The translations under genes and the position numbers were made by a program. From Mobula hypostoma (lineage: Eukaryota), in NCBI RefSeq assembly GCF_963921235.1, contig NC_086097.1, positions 132,868,001 to 132,932,000 of the forward strand: a stretch of 64,000 nucleotides of DNA. The letters run 5' to 3'. This document shows, piece after piece, positions 12,490 to 25,629 of the stretch. Numbering within the stretch: position 1 is the stretch's first letter; each line of letters begins with the position of its first letter. The notes beneath the pieces are model-generated. The model did not search any database, was not told the origin of the DNA, and saw nothing but the letters and a program-made list of their open reading frames with translations.

Positions 12490-13010
12490 AATTGATTTAT
12501 ATTTGTCACATGTACTGAAGTACAGTGGAATATTTGTGTTTTTCTTGTCATTTATATAGATCATTTCATCTGATCAGTACATCAAAGAAGTACAAGGGAA
12601 GAGCAATAACAGAATACAGAATAAATTGCTACCGTCTCAGAGAATGAGCAATGCAGGCATACAAAGAGAAGTACAAAGCCAAACTGAGATAGATGTGACA
12701 TTAAGAGTCCATCTTCTCGTAAAGGTGTTACATTCAGAAGTCTTATAACAGTAGGACAGAAGCTGTCCTTGAGTCTGGTGGTATGAGCTTTCAAGCTTTT
12801 TCTGTCCAATTAGAGGGGGGAGAAGAGAGAATGTCCATTGTGGAAAGGGTCTTTGCCAAAGCAGTGAGAAAAGTGGACAGAGACATATAAGGGAAGCTGG
12901 TTTTCATGATGTGCTGCAATTGTGTCTGCAATTCATTGCAGTTTCTTATGGTTTTGGGCATACCAAGCCATGATGCATCCGGATAGGATGCATTCTACAG
13001 TATGTCTACA
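12490..13010 (-). mobile_element. Rex1/Babar-type 3' fragment
   Basis: ORF 12582-12809(-) KSLKAHTTRLKDSFCPTVIRLLN; the 3' UTR resembles other copies (for example 52420-52730). Confidence 0.75.
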
Positions 13011-13679
13011 ATGAAGATTTTCACGAAGAATGAAGTTGCACAGAAGAGTCTCAAAGCTGACAACTACAGTTTTGACCCGTGACATAGGGAGGACTTATTC
13101 TTCTCTCAACTGATTATTTAATCAAAGTATGAGAGCTACTACAAATTCAAATGCTGTTACTCCTGTTCAACTTCATCTTCTTCATCTAATCCTATCAACG
13201 TAATCAAGGCCTAATCAATTATCTCAACAGTGTTTTTAGGAGACTGCTGTGTAGAGAGTGATTGCATTTCCCTATCTTACAGCATTCAAACATAAACCCA
13301 TTAGCTATGAGATGTCCCAAGGCTGTGAAAGGTCTGTGCAAATTCAAGCATCTCATTATCAATTGAAGGATACTCTGAATACTCGTAATGCAGAGGCCTG
13401 AACTAGTGATCAGGAAGTCAGGAGAACTTCCACTGCAGCAGTAGGGTTTAGATCTAATATAATGGTGACTTTGATACTGTAAGTTTGTTGTTAAAATCTA
13501 CCATTTTTTCCTAATATTTTGCAAGGAAAGATACTTGTCATCAACCTAGTTAAGTGACAACAGACTGCACATTGAGTGCTACATTACCTGTGAAATCCAA
13601 AGGAAGTAGAGAATGGTCCAGAAGCGCAGAGTTATTATGAGCACACCAGGAAGGAAGTCAGAATTAGAAACTCAAAAGG

Positions 13680-14015
13680 TGGCAAGGTAGCACGGCTTGT
13701 AGAGGCTCTGTCTTACAGAGTCAAAGAATTGGGCTCAATGTCAAACTCATATACTGGCTGTGTGAGTTTTCACATTCTCCAAGTGACTGCATGTGTTTCC
13801 CGATGTACACTGGTTCCCTCTGGCATCCTTAAGTCATGCATACTTGTAGGTTAATTGGCTGCTGTAAATTGCTCCAGGTGCGTAAGTGAGTGGTAGAATA
13901 TGAGGAGAGTCAATGAGTATGTGGGGAGCTTAAAATGGGATTAATATCAGATCAGTGTAAATGGGCAGTTGATGGTCTGTATGAACTTGATGGGCTGAAG
14001 GACCTGTTTCTGACC
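13680..14015 (+). mobile_element. HE1/V-SINE-like SINE
   Basis: Decayed tRNA-like head (ggcaaggtagcac..gggctcaat), V-domain (tgtgagttttcacattctcc..gtgactgcatgtgtttcc..ggttaattggctgctgtaaattgc) and CR1-like tail gggctgaaggacctgtttctg. Confidence 0.75.
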
Positions 14016-14024
14016 TTCTTTAAA

Positions 14025-15300
14025 CAACGGAAAAACTGTCCTTGTTGTTGGGACATTAACAAAGACTCTCTTGATGGTGCTCCTGTAAAAATTGGTTAGA
14101 ATGTGGTGATGGAGCCTCACTCGCCTCATTCTCCTCAGAAAGTGGAGACACTGCTGTGCTTTCTTGACCAAGGGGTGGCTTTGAGAGACCAGGTGAGATT
14201 GTTCATTATGTGTACTCCCAGAAACTTGGTGCTCCGAACACTTTCCTCGGAAGAGCTGTGTATGTGCAGTGAGGAGTGGTCAATCTGCACCTTTCTAAAG
14301 TCCACAATCATCTCTTAGGTCTTGTCCACATTGAGACACCATTCTACCAGCTGCTTTGCCTCCTCTCGATACACCATCATCTCAGCATTGTTGATGAAGC
14401 CAACCACTGTTGCATCATGGTTGAACTTGATGATTCAGTTTGAACTGGACCGTGCAGTTCAGTCATGCAACAGCAGCGTGAACAGCAGACGGCTGAGCAC
14501 GCAGCGACGGAGAGCGAAAGTGCTCGGTGCGATGGAGCTAGAGATGTTTCTGCCACCACAGACACACTGTGACCTTTCTGTCAAGAAGTTCAGGATCCAG
14601 TTATAGAGAGAAGTGTTGAGCCCCAGTGAGGACAGTTTACCCACCAGCTTCGGAGAGATGATCATATTAACTGCTGAGCTGAAGTCAATAAACAGCATCC
14701 TGGCGTATGAGGCACCATTTTCCAGGTGGGACGGAGTGCAGAGGCAGTGGCATCATCAGTAGACTGATTTGAACAGTAAGCAAACTGTAAAAGGTTCAGT
14801 GTAACAGGAAGATGGGACTTAATGTGATCTATAACCAACTGCTCAAAGCACTTCATTATTGTTGAGGTCAGTGCCACTGGACGGTGGTCGTTTGGAAGGT
14901 TACTGTCACCCTCTTATGCACCAGGATGATGATGGCTGCCTTGAAGCCTGAGAGGACAGTGGACTATTCCAGAGATATGTTGAAGATGTCTGTCAGAACT
15001 TCTACTAAATGGGCTGCACAGTCCCTTGGCACCTGTCCAAGTATGTTATTAGGCCCCACACTTTTACATGGGTTGACCCTGGCTATGGTCTTCCTCACAT
15101 CAGATATAGTCAGAGAGAATGACTGCTCCTCAGGGAGACGGGGAGGTCTTCCTTGCCAGCACATTTCTCCATGCTGCAAACCAAGTGTAAAAGATGCTCA
15201 GTCTATCTGAAAGAGAAGCATCACTGTCACTGAAACGCAGGATGAACTTTGTAGTCCCATATGGTCTGAATGCCCTGCCACGTAGACCTCATGTCCCTGG
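14025..15300 (-). mobile_element. Rex1/Babar LINE RT region, decayed
   Basis: Translations [62 protein letters not shown]. Confidence 0.9.
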
Positions 15301-15479
15301 TGTTACAGAAATAGCTGTATATTCTCTGAGAGTGATGCTAGAGTGGCCGCTATGACTGGACACTTGGAAAATAAAATCTTTCTCAAAAGCCATGGCATCT
15401 TTCATATAATGGTGTGACCAGAAATGAATGAAACTCCAAATGCAGTTATCTAAAGTTTTGTAAAGCTACAACATAAATT

Positions 15480-16760
15480 CCTGACTCTTGAACTCAGTTC
15501 CTTGATATCATGTCTTTTTTAACATGCTATCAACCTGTGTCGGCACATTCAGGGAGCAATGGACTTGGACTCCAAGATCTCTCTGCACTTTGTTAAGAAC
15601 ATTGTTAAGGTTCTTTCCATTTACGGTATTCTGTCTTTTTATATATCTGAGCTCCCACATTTGGCCAACTTAAATTGCGATACCTATATCCAGCTGTATC
15701 CTTTGATTGTCTCCTATGCTATCCAGAACACCACCATTATTAATAGAGGAGGAGAAGATGGCGGCGCGACAACAGCGTGCGCAGCCTCTCCTGTGATGAA
15801 TATCTGTTATCTGTCAAGTAGGGGACCGTGCACAATTCTGATTTGATGGAGACGGACATGAGAGTACGGAGGAACATCCGGGAAAGTTCTGAAATGCCCG
15901 CTTTGCTGCAGCTGCTACTGTGGTAACCGGAATCTCCGGAGCAGAAGGCTCCGAAATCCTCGGCTTTGCTTGTTTCAGCAGCCGCGGCTAGGTCGAAGGC
16001 GCTTGGGAGACTGTATCGGAGGGGCTGGTCAGAGGCTCGAAGTTTTTGGACGGATGGACTCAGTTTCGCTGCTTCCAAGGCATCAGCAAGTTGACGGTGC
16101 CTGCAGGTTTATGGCAGGGAGCTTCTCCTTTTTGCCGCCTGCTATCAGGGACTCGGGAGTTATTGACTTGGGGACTTTTGAGACTTTTTTTACAGTGCCC
16201 ATGGTTTGTTCTTCATCAAATTATGGTATTGCTTTGCACTGCTGTAACTATATTTTATAATTATGTGGTTCTGTCAATGTTAGTCTTTGGTTTGTCCTGT
16301 TTTCTGTGATATCACTCCGGAGAAACATTGTATCATTTCTTAACGCATGTATGCATTTCTAATGACAATAAAAGAGGACTGAGTGTTCTCATAATCTAAA
16401 TTATCTTCAAACTCACCAACTCACACATTTACATTTTCATCCAGGTGATTTATATATATCACAAACACTATTGATCGCTATCTTCTGTCTTCTATGAGCA
16501 AGCCAATTCTGAATCCAAATGGCTAATTTGTCATGCATCTTAATCTTCTGAATGAGCCTCCCATGTGGGAACTTGTCAAACACCTTACTAAAATCCAAGA
16601 AAAAAACATCCACAGATCTTCCTGCGTTAATCACCTTTGTCACTTGCTGAAAAACTCAATCAAGTTCATAAGACACAACATTGCCCACACAAAACCATGC
16701 AGACAACCGCTAATTAGGCATGGTTTCCAGATGCTCATAAATCCTATGCCTTAAACACTG
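15480..16760 (-). mobile_element. CR1 RT fragment split by a 650-bp insertion
   Basis: ORF 16437-16643(-) VDVFFLDFSKVFDKFPHGRLIQK..WIQNWLAHRRQ; CR1-like sequence resumes at 15480-15740. Confidence 0.75.
15747..16399 (+). mobile_element. Non-coding non-autonomous retroelement with AAGATGGCG start (copy 1)
   Basis: CpG-rich 5' end with GAAGATGGCGG, AATAAA near the 3' end, terminus cataatctaa; aligns along its length with 37326-37989. Confidence 0.75.
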
Positions 16761-17959
16761 CTTCTGCATCTTATTGTCAAGGGACAAACCATTCCATGAT
16801 TTCCGGGATTATCTCTAATCTCCTTCATGAATACTGAAATACCAGATACCTGTCAAAACCTCTGGGGTCTCCTTTATTGCTAGAGAGAAATCCTCCATTT
16901 AAGCCAATGCAGGCAAACTTCCAGACCAAAATGCGCAAAGTTCACCATGCAACCAATCAGTGACGAGACCCCCTCCCTATGTCACAGCTGAGTTTCCATA
17001 ATGACAACCAATCAGTTGATTGGTAAGTAAGAGACACCAACCATTCAGAGGGCATGTCCAAAAGTAACACTTGGCTCCTTGTGTGGATACAAAACATTTG
17101 CAAATGGACTGCCAAGATCAGAGGGCAACTCAACATGACCATAAACCACCTAAACTACATATTTTCCAATTTATTTCCAGAGAACACGATGATATTAGTC
17201 AAGGCCCCAGCAATCTCATCTTTTGCCTCTCTCAAGAATCTGAGGTATATCCCTTGTTCAGTATGTTTTGGATATGTTTTTCAACTTCCTAATCCAAAAA
17301 CCATAAGGATTGGATTGCTCTCTGATGCTTAGGGAGGCTGTGACAAGGATGTTTTTTTTTGGTGTATTATTGTCACATGTACCAAGATGCAGTGAAAAGC
17401 TTGTCTTGCATGCTGCTTACACAGATCAAGTCATTACACAGTGCATTGAGCTGGAATTAGATAAAACAATAGCATGCAAAAGCTACTGAGAAGGTATTGT
17501 CCAGGTAAGCAATAAAGTGCGAGATCATAATCTCCTCAGAACATTTCAATCTGTTCTATGTATAACACCCAACAAACAATGTGGCTGACTGCCTGCTTCG
17601 TTAATGACCACTTAGGGATGGGAAATAAATGTTGGTAATGCCAATGATATTATATCCTATGAAAAAGAGTTAAAGTCAAAGGCAAGTTTTAGTCATATGT
17701 ATAATTACACAAATGCACAGGTACAATGAAATAAATCTTACTTCGAGCAGCATTACAGACATATAGCATTATACAAGCAGTATTCACAAGAAAAAAAACA
17801 TAATTTACATGTAATTAGATCATTTCCAATTTTTAACCGGAAGGTAAATCAATCAGGCTACAAAAAAAGCTTCTTATAAGCAAGTTCCAAAGCCAATTCT
17901 AGAGGCCTTTTTACTTTATTTGTTTAACACATTCTAAGAAGAATTTGTAGGCTTTGGAA

Positions 17960-18340
17960 AGGGTACTGAAGAGGGTAAAGAATGATGCCTGGATTTGAAA
18001 GAATGTGCTAGGATGAGAGGCTGGGAAATGTGCATTCTTCTGTTTGAAGAAGTGGAGGCTAAGGGGAAACCCGAAAGAAATTTATAAGGTCATGAGAGGC
18101 ATAGATAGAGTGAACAGCCAGTATCTTTTTCCCAAGATCAAAATGTCTAATACTATGGTAGAGGCAAATACAATACAGACATTTAAGAGCCTGTTAAATA
18201 GATAGGAAGATGAATGTGCAGAGAATAGAGGGATACGGATGTGTAAGCAGAAAAGAGTAGTTTAGTTAGGCATTTAAATTAATTCATTTGATTAGCTCTG
18301 CACTACATCATAGGCTGAAGGGCCTGTTTCTGTGCAGAAC
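17960..18340 (+). mobile_element. CR1 3' fragment, decayed
   Basis: Degenerate LKKWRLRG..YKVMRGIDRVN region and 3' end ggctgaagggcctgtttctgtgc. Confidence 0.75.
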
Positions 18341-18341
18341 T

Positions 18342-19100
18342 AGAAACATAGAAACATAGAAAACCTACAGCACAATACAGGCCCTTTGGCCCACAAAGCT
18401 GTGCTGAACATGCCCTTACCTTAGAACTACCTAGGCTTACCCATAGTCCTCTATTTTTCTCAGCTAAATGTATCCATCCAGGAGTCTCTTAAAAGACCCT
18501 ATCATTTCTGCCTCCACCGCCGCCATCGGCAGCATATTCCACGCACTCACCACTCTCTGCGTAAAAAAAAAACTTACCCCTGACATCTCCTCTGTACCTA
18601 CTTCCAAGCACCTTAAAACTATGCCCTCTCGTGCTAGCCATTTTAGTCCTGGGAAAAAGCCTCTGACTATCCACACGATCAATGCCTCTCCTCATCTTGT
18701 ACACCTCCATCAGGTCACCTCTCATCCTCCGTCACTCCAAGGAGAAAAGGCCAAGTTCACACAACCTATTCTCATAAGGCATGCTCCCCAATCCAGGCAA
18801 CATCCTTGTAAATCTCCTCTGCACCCTTTCTATGGTTTCCAAGTCCTTCCTGTAGTGAGGCGACCAGAATTGAGCACAATTCTCCAAAGTGGGGTCTGAC
18901 CAGGGTCCTATATAGCTGCAACATTACCACTTGGCTCCTAAACTCAGTCCCACGATTGATGAAGGCCAATGCACCGTATGCCTTCTTAACCACAGAGTCA
19001 ACCTACGTAGCAGCATTGAGTGTCCTGTGGACTCAGACCCCAAGATCCCTCTGATCCTCCACACTGCCAAGAGTCTTACCATTAATGCTATATTCTGCCA
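18342..19100 (-). mobile_element. Young CR1 3' fragment
   Basis: Tail (tagaaaca)n; ORFs MVKKAYGALAFINRGTEFRS..LYRTLVRPH and MRGDLMEVYKMRRGIDRVD; CpGs largely retained. Confidence 0.93.
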
Positions 19101-20769
19101 TCAAGAAGCTATAGTGAAACCACATTTGGCGATGTGCAACATGGCTGTTGATTGGTCAAGGATTTGGCAGAGTGTCAGTAATGGAAGAGGATATATGTGC
19201 ACATCACTCTGTGCACAATGATATATCATTCTGATTCTGATCCATATGACATGTACATTGGAAGAGATAATGTTCTTGTGAATCTACTGCACGTGTCCAT
19301 GTAGGTCATCGTGGTTTAAAGTATCAGAGATACTGTGAGAGGACTCAGTGATCTTTTTTTGCGAGAACACATTTCATCCTAATCCCAGTGTCAAGAGGTC
19401 TACTTTGCCCTGGCTAGAGTTCAGTTTCATGCTTTTCCAGAGAAGAATAGTCTGAGGCTTTTTCCCAGGGCTAAAACGTCTGACTTCTGCTGAAACAGCT
19501 GAAATCCCTGACTTCTGTTTTACAGATGGTGATAAGGCCTTGGGAATCACAAAGGGAATCACTCATCATTCATACTTCAAGCTTAATTGTCATTCAACCA
19601 TAAATGAATACCCTTGAAAACAGTCAAGCTAAACAGTGTTACTCTGGGGTCGAGGAGCAGAGCACAGTACCAACAGTTATGCATAGCACAAGGAACATAT
19701 AGCATATAAAACATAGCAAGCACATGTAAGATATCAGTGGAATGGTCACACAAAAAATAGTCCAAGACCCTGAGTCCATGAACATTGCAGCAGTCTGCAG
19801 CTGAACACAATACAGCTTGTCTTCTGCCAGGCAAACACTGGGGCGCAGTACCGACTCCATCTTGGATGCCATGTCATATGAAAGCTGCCTCACACTACTT
19901 TTCCATTGCTATTTCTTCCCAATCTGTGGTAATGAGTTCAGGAGGTGGAGCACAGTAGCCAGGTATGGCAGGAAACTTATAGTAATTGACATCATAAAAA
20001 GGACCACAACTGTAATATGTCCTTTGGCCTTGGGGCATCCACCACTGCTTGGATCTTCTCAGAAAAAAAATGTATAGAACTTGTGCATCAATGGTGTGTC
20101 CACAGTAAGTAAAGCTTTGTTTAAATAATTCAAACTTGTTGTGCCATGATCCAAGCCGCTAATCTGTTATTATTTAACAGCGTTGTGAGATTTTGGAGAT
20201 GTCCCTTGTCACCTTCACTGGTAACAATTATGTCATCCAACACTGAGTGCCTGGGCAGCTTTGCAACACCTGGTCCATAGCTTTCTGCCAGAGTGCAAAT
20301 GATAAAGCCATTTGTGAGTGTTTATGGTGAGAAACACTTCAGCCTCTTTTTCCATCTTTATCTGTAGGTAGGCCGCAGCTAAGCTCACTTTGCTGAAGTG
20401 TTTTCCTACAGAAAGATTTTCAGAAATATCCTTTATTCTGGGTAGAGGGTATTGATTTATTTTGGATTGATGGTGCCCTTAAAATCACCACAGATTCTAA
20501 CAGAAGAATCCTTCTTGGCTACTGGGATCACTTGTGTTCCCCATGCAGTTCTCTCCACCTTGGAAAGAATTATTTCATCCTCCATACGAACGAGCTCACT
20601 GACTACTTTATCACGGATGGTTTAAAGAACCAGAAGGGCTTTGCAAAACTTGGCCCTGGCATTGTTATTTAATATTATTTTACCCTTGATATGTTTGAGT
20701 TTTCAAATGTCATGACTGAACACTGTTGTAGCATCATCCAGTACCTTTTTTAATTCAATTCAGTTGACT

Positions 20770-21750
20770 CTACAGCAAGGGATGTGGCTGCAAGTGGTGG
20801 ATGGATATCCTATCAAGTTGTAGTTGTCTCAGCCAATCACAGCTCCACAATGCGGGCCCTCCTGTTTTTACTACATAGAAACCCAATGTTTGTTGGTTGT
20901 TGTATTTCTCTGCTGTGAATGTCATTCTCACAGGAGCTATCTTTTCTCCAGTACAAGTTCTTAGTTGGATATCTGTAGGCTTCGGTTCAGTATCTTTGAA
21001 ATACTGTTCAGACTTATTTTGTGGAATGATTGAAACAACCGACCTAGTGTCCAATTCCATTTCAATTAATTTGCCACTTACTTCTGGTGTAAGCCATAAT
21101 GTTTGTCTATTGTTAGTTTTCATATTGTAACACTCAAGAATACTCAGTCCTGTGTCCCTTTCATCATAATCAGGTTTCTCATCAACAGCATGCAGATTAG
21201 TTTTCTTATTGAAACTGCAACTTGACTTTTTTTTTTCTCTTCCCCGTGCAGTCTGTTTATTCTTTTGTCTGCCTGACAAGCTTTTTGTATGTCCTACTTT
21301 GTTGCATTTTCTGCAAGTTTCACCTTTAATCCCCCATTGCTCTGGTGTATGTGAACTCCTGGCACAATGGTAACACAATTTGTTTGGACTTACAGATTTC
21401 TGTTTAAAAGTTGCAGTTCTATTCACACTCACTTTCATTCCTGACTGCAACTCATTTGTGTCTCTGACTGCTGTTTCCATTGATACAATGATTTCAACTG
21501 CTCTTTTAAATGTGAACTGTGCTTCAGTTAGGAGCCATTTTTGAATGATTTCTTTTAAGATTGCATAATCTAAATGATCTCTCAGTACATCATTAAGTCC
21601 ATCACTGAACTGAAGGTGCTCGGACAATCTCTTCAATTCAGCCACATTAGATGAAATGGACTCCTCTTCCTTTTGAATCTGCTTATGAAACTTAAAGTGT
21701 TCTGCAATCAACAATGGTTTCAGTTCTAAATGTTCCTGCATTATGTTCAC
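20770..21750 (-). pseudogene. Gypsy gag-protease remnant ORF (326 aa)
   Basis: Longest ORF in the track; CCHC knuckles and aspartic protease motif degraded to DTR; the N-terminus is cut off by frameshifts and an L1 insertion. Confidence 0.88.
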
Positions 21751-21929
21751 AATATGTTCACAAAGCTAATTTCTGCTGGTTTGGTTGGAGTAGTTAAAAT
21801 CCCAAGCAAACTGTATACTTTTCCATCTATTGATCTCAGTAACACTGGCAGTGACTTTTCATTGGCTATTTCATTTGCTTCAAAATAGTACTCAATTCTT
21901 TCAATATACATCATCCAGTTATCTGTTGT

Positions 21930-23703
21930 ATTTTATTTATGATTTTCTACAAACTACAGCATAGAAGAAAAAATATCAATAGTATAAATAGAAGGATCAT
22001 TGCAATACAGACAAAAATAGCAATAATACATATCTTAACAAATGAGCAAGTCACCCATATTAAAAATGGAAAAATAGAAAGGAAAGCACCCAACCCACCC
22101 ACTATCCAACTCCAAGCCAACCATTACATTATAAGTATAAATATTTGAAAGGACATTTGAGATAAACTTTTATTACCCCAGAGTTATATATTGTAGTAAA
22201 AATAGAAATGAGTAATAAAAAAAGCAGCCTGCTACCTAATCAAAAAATCAAAGAAAGCTGGAAATGCAGGATCTGACTATCAAGGGAAGAAAAAAAATAT
22301 ACCTGTCCGTCTAGGTGAGAATTATGAAAATATTCACGAAAAGGTCCCCACACCTTATGAAACTTTATGTCCGAATTAAAAAGTGAATAATAAATCTTTT
22401 CAAGATCTAAACAAGACATAATATCCCTAAGCCATTGAACATGGATAGGGGGAACTACAGCTCTCCACTTAAGGAGTACTGCATGTCTAGCTAAAAGAGA
22501 GGCAAAAGACAATGTTCGTCATTTAGCCGGGATCAAATGCTTCTCAGAGTCTCGAGAAATACTGATAAGAACGATCAAAGGATCAGGTTCCAAATGACAA
22601 TTTAATATAGAAGATAAAGTTAAAAAACATCTTTCCAAAATTTTTCCAAAGAAGGACAGTCCCAGTACATAGGAATAAGTGAAGCCTCATCTCCTTTGCA
22701 TTTGTCACACCAGGGAGTAATATCAGGATAAAACTTCACCAGTTTGGTTTTAGACATACGAGCCCTGTGGACAACTTTAAACTGCAAAAGACAATGATGA
22801 GCACATAAAGAAGTTGAATTGACTGACTTAAGAGTTGAATCCCAAAGCTCGTTGGACAAAGAAAAACCAAAGTCATGCTCCCAAGCAGTTTTAATTTTAT
22901 CACAAGGGACTCATCTGAGATTCATAAATTTGACACGAATAGTAGAAATTAAACCTTTACCCAAGGGTTTCATTTAAAGAAACAAGTCTACAACATTTTT
23001 ATCAGGTTGTTCAGGAAAATGTGGTATTAAAGGGCTAATGAAATGTCTAATTTGTAGAAATTTTTTAAAAAATGAGTATTCAGTAAATTAAACTTTGTAG
23101 ACAACTGTTCAAAAGTCGCAAACCGATTGTCCATAAAAAGATGTTCAAAACACCTGATATGTCTCCTACACCAGTTTTGGAATGTGGAATCCTGCATAGA
23201 AGGTTGAAATAAATACTAGTATAGAATAGGACTAGAAAGGGAAAAACTATAAAGGCCATGATGTTTTCTAAACTGAGCCCATATTCTCAGTGTATGTCTG
23301 ATTACAGGATTAATAATAAATTTTGGCAAGTGGCAAGGAAGTATAAATCCAAGTAAAGCTGGAATAGATAATTTCTTCTAAGCATTCAATACCATTGCCA
23401 CCCATGTTGGACAAATAGACTGATTATAAAAGTAGGACCAAAAGATAATATTGTGAATATTGACTGCTCAATAATATAAACGAAAATTAGGCAACGCCAA
23501 GCCACCTTCTCTTTTAGGCCTTTGAAGATGAGCTTTATTCAGTCTAGACTGTTTACCCTTCCATAGGTACGACGAGATAATAGAATCTAAAGAATCAAAG
23601 AAAACTTTAGGAATAAATATGGGTAAAGATTGAAATAAGTATAAAAATTTAGGAAGAATTTACATTTTAATTACATTAATTCACCCATATATTTAAAAAA
23701 AGA
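21930..23703 (-). mobile_element. L1/Tx1-clade LINE, 5'-truncated, inserted in Gypsy gag
   Basis: Translations ILPKFLYLFQSLP, GGLALPNF, LLQFKVVHR, CDKCKGDEASLIPMYWDCP, FHKVWGPF; A-rich tail at 21930; 13-bp TSD AGTTATCTGTTGT at 21917-21929 and 23704-23716. Confidence 0.93.
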
Positions 23704-25629
23704 AGTTATCTGTTGTGCATTTGAATGTGTCTCTTTTTCTGATGTAGCCAGCCATTTCTGTTTTATTTATTTATGATTATTAACATCCGGTACTCATTGT
23801 TTATGAACCCATGGCCATAAATGTTGCTTGTTAATTTCATCTGTATTCTGCCTTTTTTTAACTTGACCATCTGTCTCTCTTCTTCCAATGAAAAAATGTG
23901 CTGCATTTCAACAGCTAGCTAATTGTCACGGGTTAATTTTCAAACCTACTCATCACCACTATTATGTTTGGGAATTCCAGAAACTAATTAAAAGAAAAAA
24001 CACACAAGCCCTGAATAATGGTCTACTTACTTTTGTTTTATTAGTGAGGTGCTCACATAAGACACAGTGGCATAAGGACATACTGTATGTCATTCATGTA
24101 CTTCTTACATAGAACGCATAGTAAACAAAGAATGTCTAATCAGAAAATATATTTACAATATAACTCAAATATTACTGGAATACTAAATACACTACATTTT
24201 ATCCAATCACTCTCCATAACTTAAATCCTTGGACTTAAGCAGTACCCTGGCGAACCCCCAGTTGAGTTTGTAATCAGTGGCAGTCCCTTAAACATGGTTG
24301 ATACATTTTGTCTGGCAAAACATCTGAGGATTTGTTTTATTCGTCATATGTACATTAAAACATTGAAACATGCACCATTTGCATCAATGAACAACACCCT
24401 CTGAATTTGTGCTGGCGGCCATTCTTCCTTTATCATTCAAAATTCAGTTGTTGCCTGTGTTAACTGGTACTGAGAACCAAACACCAGTCCACATCAGTGA
24501 GGAGTCCCTTAAGTGACCTTAAGCTAGGTGGGAAATTATTCACAAAGTAACTGAAGATAGTTGGTCCTATATTTTGCCTTTAAGCCTCTGCCTGTGATGC
24601 CCTGCAGCTGGAATGGTTGCCCGGCAACACCTTTACTCCCTATCCTTTAGACTGTAGTTTGAAGCTTTGAAGCTTGAGAACATGAGCATGGAAAGAAATA
24701 AGAAAATTTCTACAGCACTCTGATGAAGCAAGAAAGAGTTCAACAGAATTAAATGCCAAAGTCTAGGAGAAAGTGGGATTATTTTAGAATATCAAAAGTT
24801 CCGCCACTTGCCAGTTCATTAATTTATTTATGCTATCTTCAGACTGAAATGTAAATGCTTTTTCGTCTCTTCACAGATGCTACTTGACCTGATGAGTGTT
24901 TCCAGCATTCTTTGCTTTTGTTTCAGATTTCCAGCATCTGCAATTTTTTAGGTTAGTCAGTGGGAATAAATAACTTACTGAACAAGTGAAAGAAATAAAG
25001 ACATGTTTATAATAATGAATGATGTGATCATAAATGTAGTCTTTCTTCACATCTATCACTATTAAGCTCTAACACCTGCAAATTAGGCAACAGCTTGGAA
25101 TTATGCTGAGCTAACATCAATTATCCATTCCATTTTACACTTTGGCTTCACTGTAGATGCCACTGGGAAAGTAGATTTGAACTGTGTGACAAAATCTGCC
25201 TTTGGTGAAGGAAGCATTTGGCCAAATCATCTTAAAAGTTGGAAATGTTAGAACAGATGATCACGAAAAATCATATTATTTTGTTTCAGACTATGTGAAA
25301 AGCTTTCCATTACATCTAAATATAATTAAGTTTTCATTTTGGATAATGCTTGTTGAAGTTTAGGTTTTGCTTTCATGGTTTTAGACAAGGCATGTTCAAG
25401 GTTCCTCAAATTTTGATGCAGGAGAGCACACCGATTGATAACAGCTTGCAGATAAATGCGCTGCTGCTCACTCCTTTCCTGATTACATCAATAAACCTGA
25501 AGCATTTTGTAAATTTTTGACTTCATTAATTGGTAAATTGGTTTATTATTGTCATATGTATTGAGGTACAGTGAAAAACTTTATTTTGCCTGCCATCCAT
25601 AAAGATCATTTTATCATATATAACAATAA

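Larger units (their letters stand above)
19880..24196 (-). mobile_element. Gypsy LTR retrotransposon (Mag-like): 5' LTR, gag, protease, RT; 3' part missing
   Basis: LTR 23960-24196 (TGTAGTG...CATAATA); PBS-like TGGTGATGAG at about 23949-23958; gag start MAGYIRK at about 23755. ORF 20770-21750 has tandem zinc knuckles (CYHCARSSH, CRKCNKVGH) and protease MELDTRS. Decayed RT VRICGDFK, DDIIVT, KIQAVVDAPRPKD runs to about 19880. Confidence 0.92.

Noticed and set aside
24979..25075. Minus-strand exon-like segment (tttgcag..TCA|gtaagt)
   Set aside because: All three frames are closed from the best acceptor; it could only be non-coding, which is unsupported.
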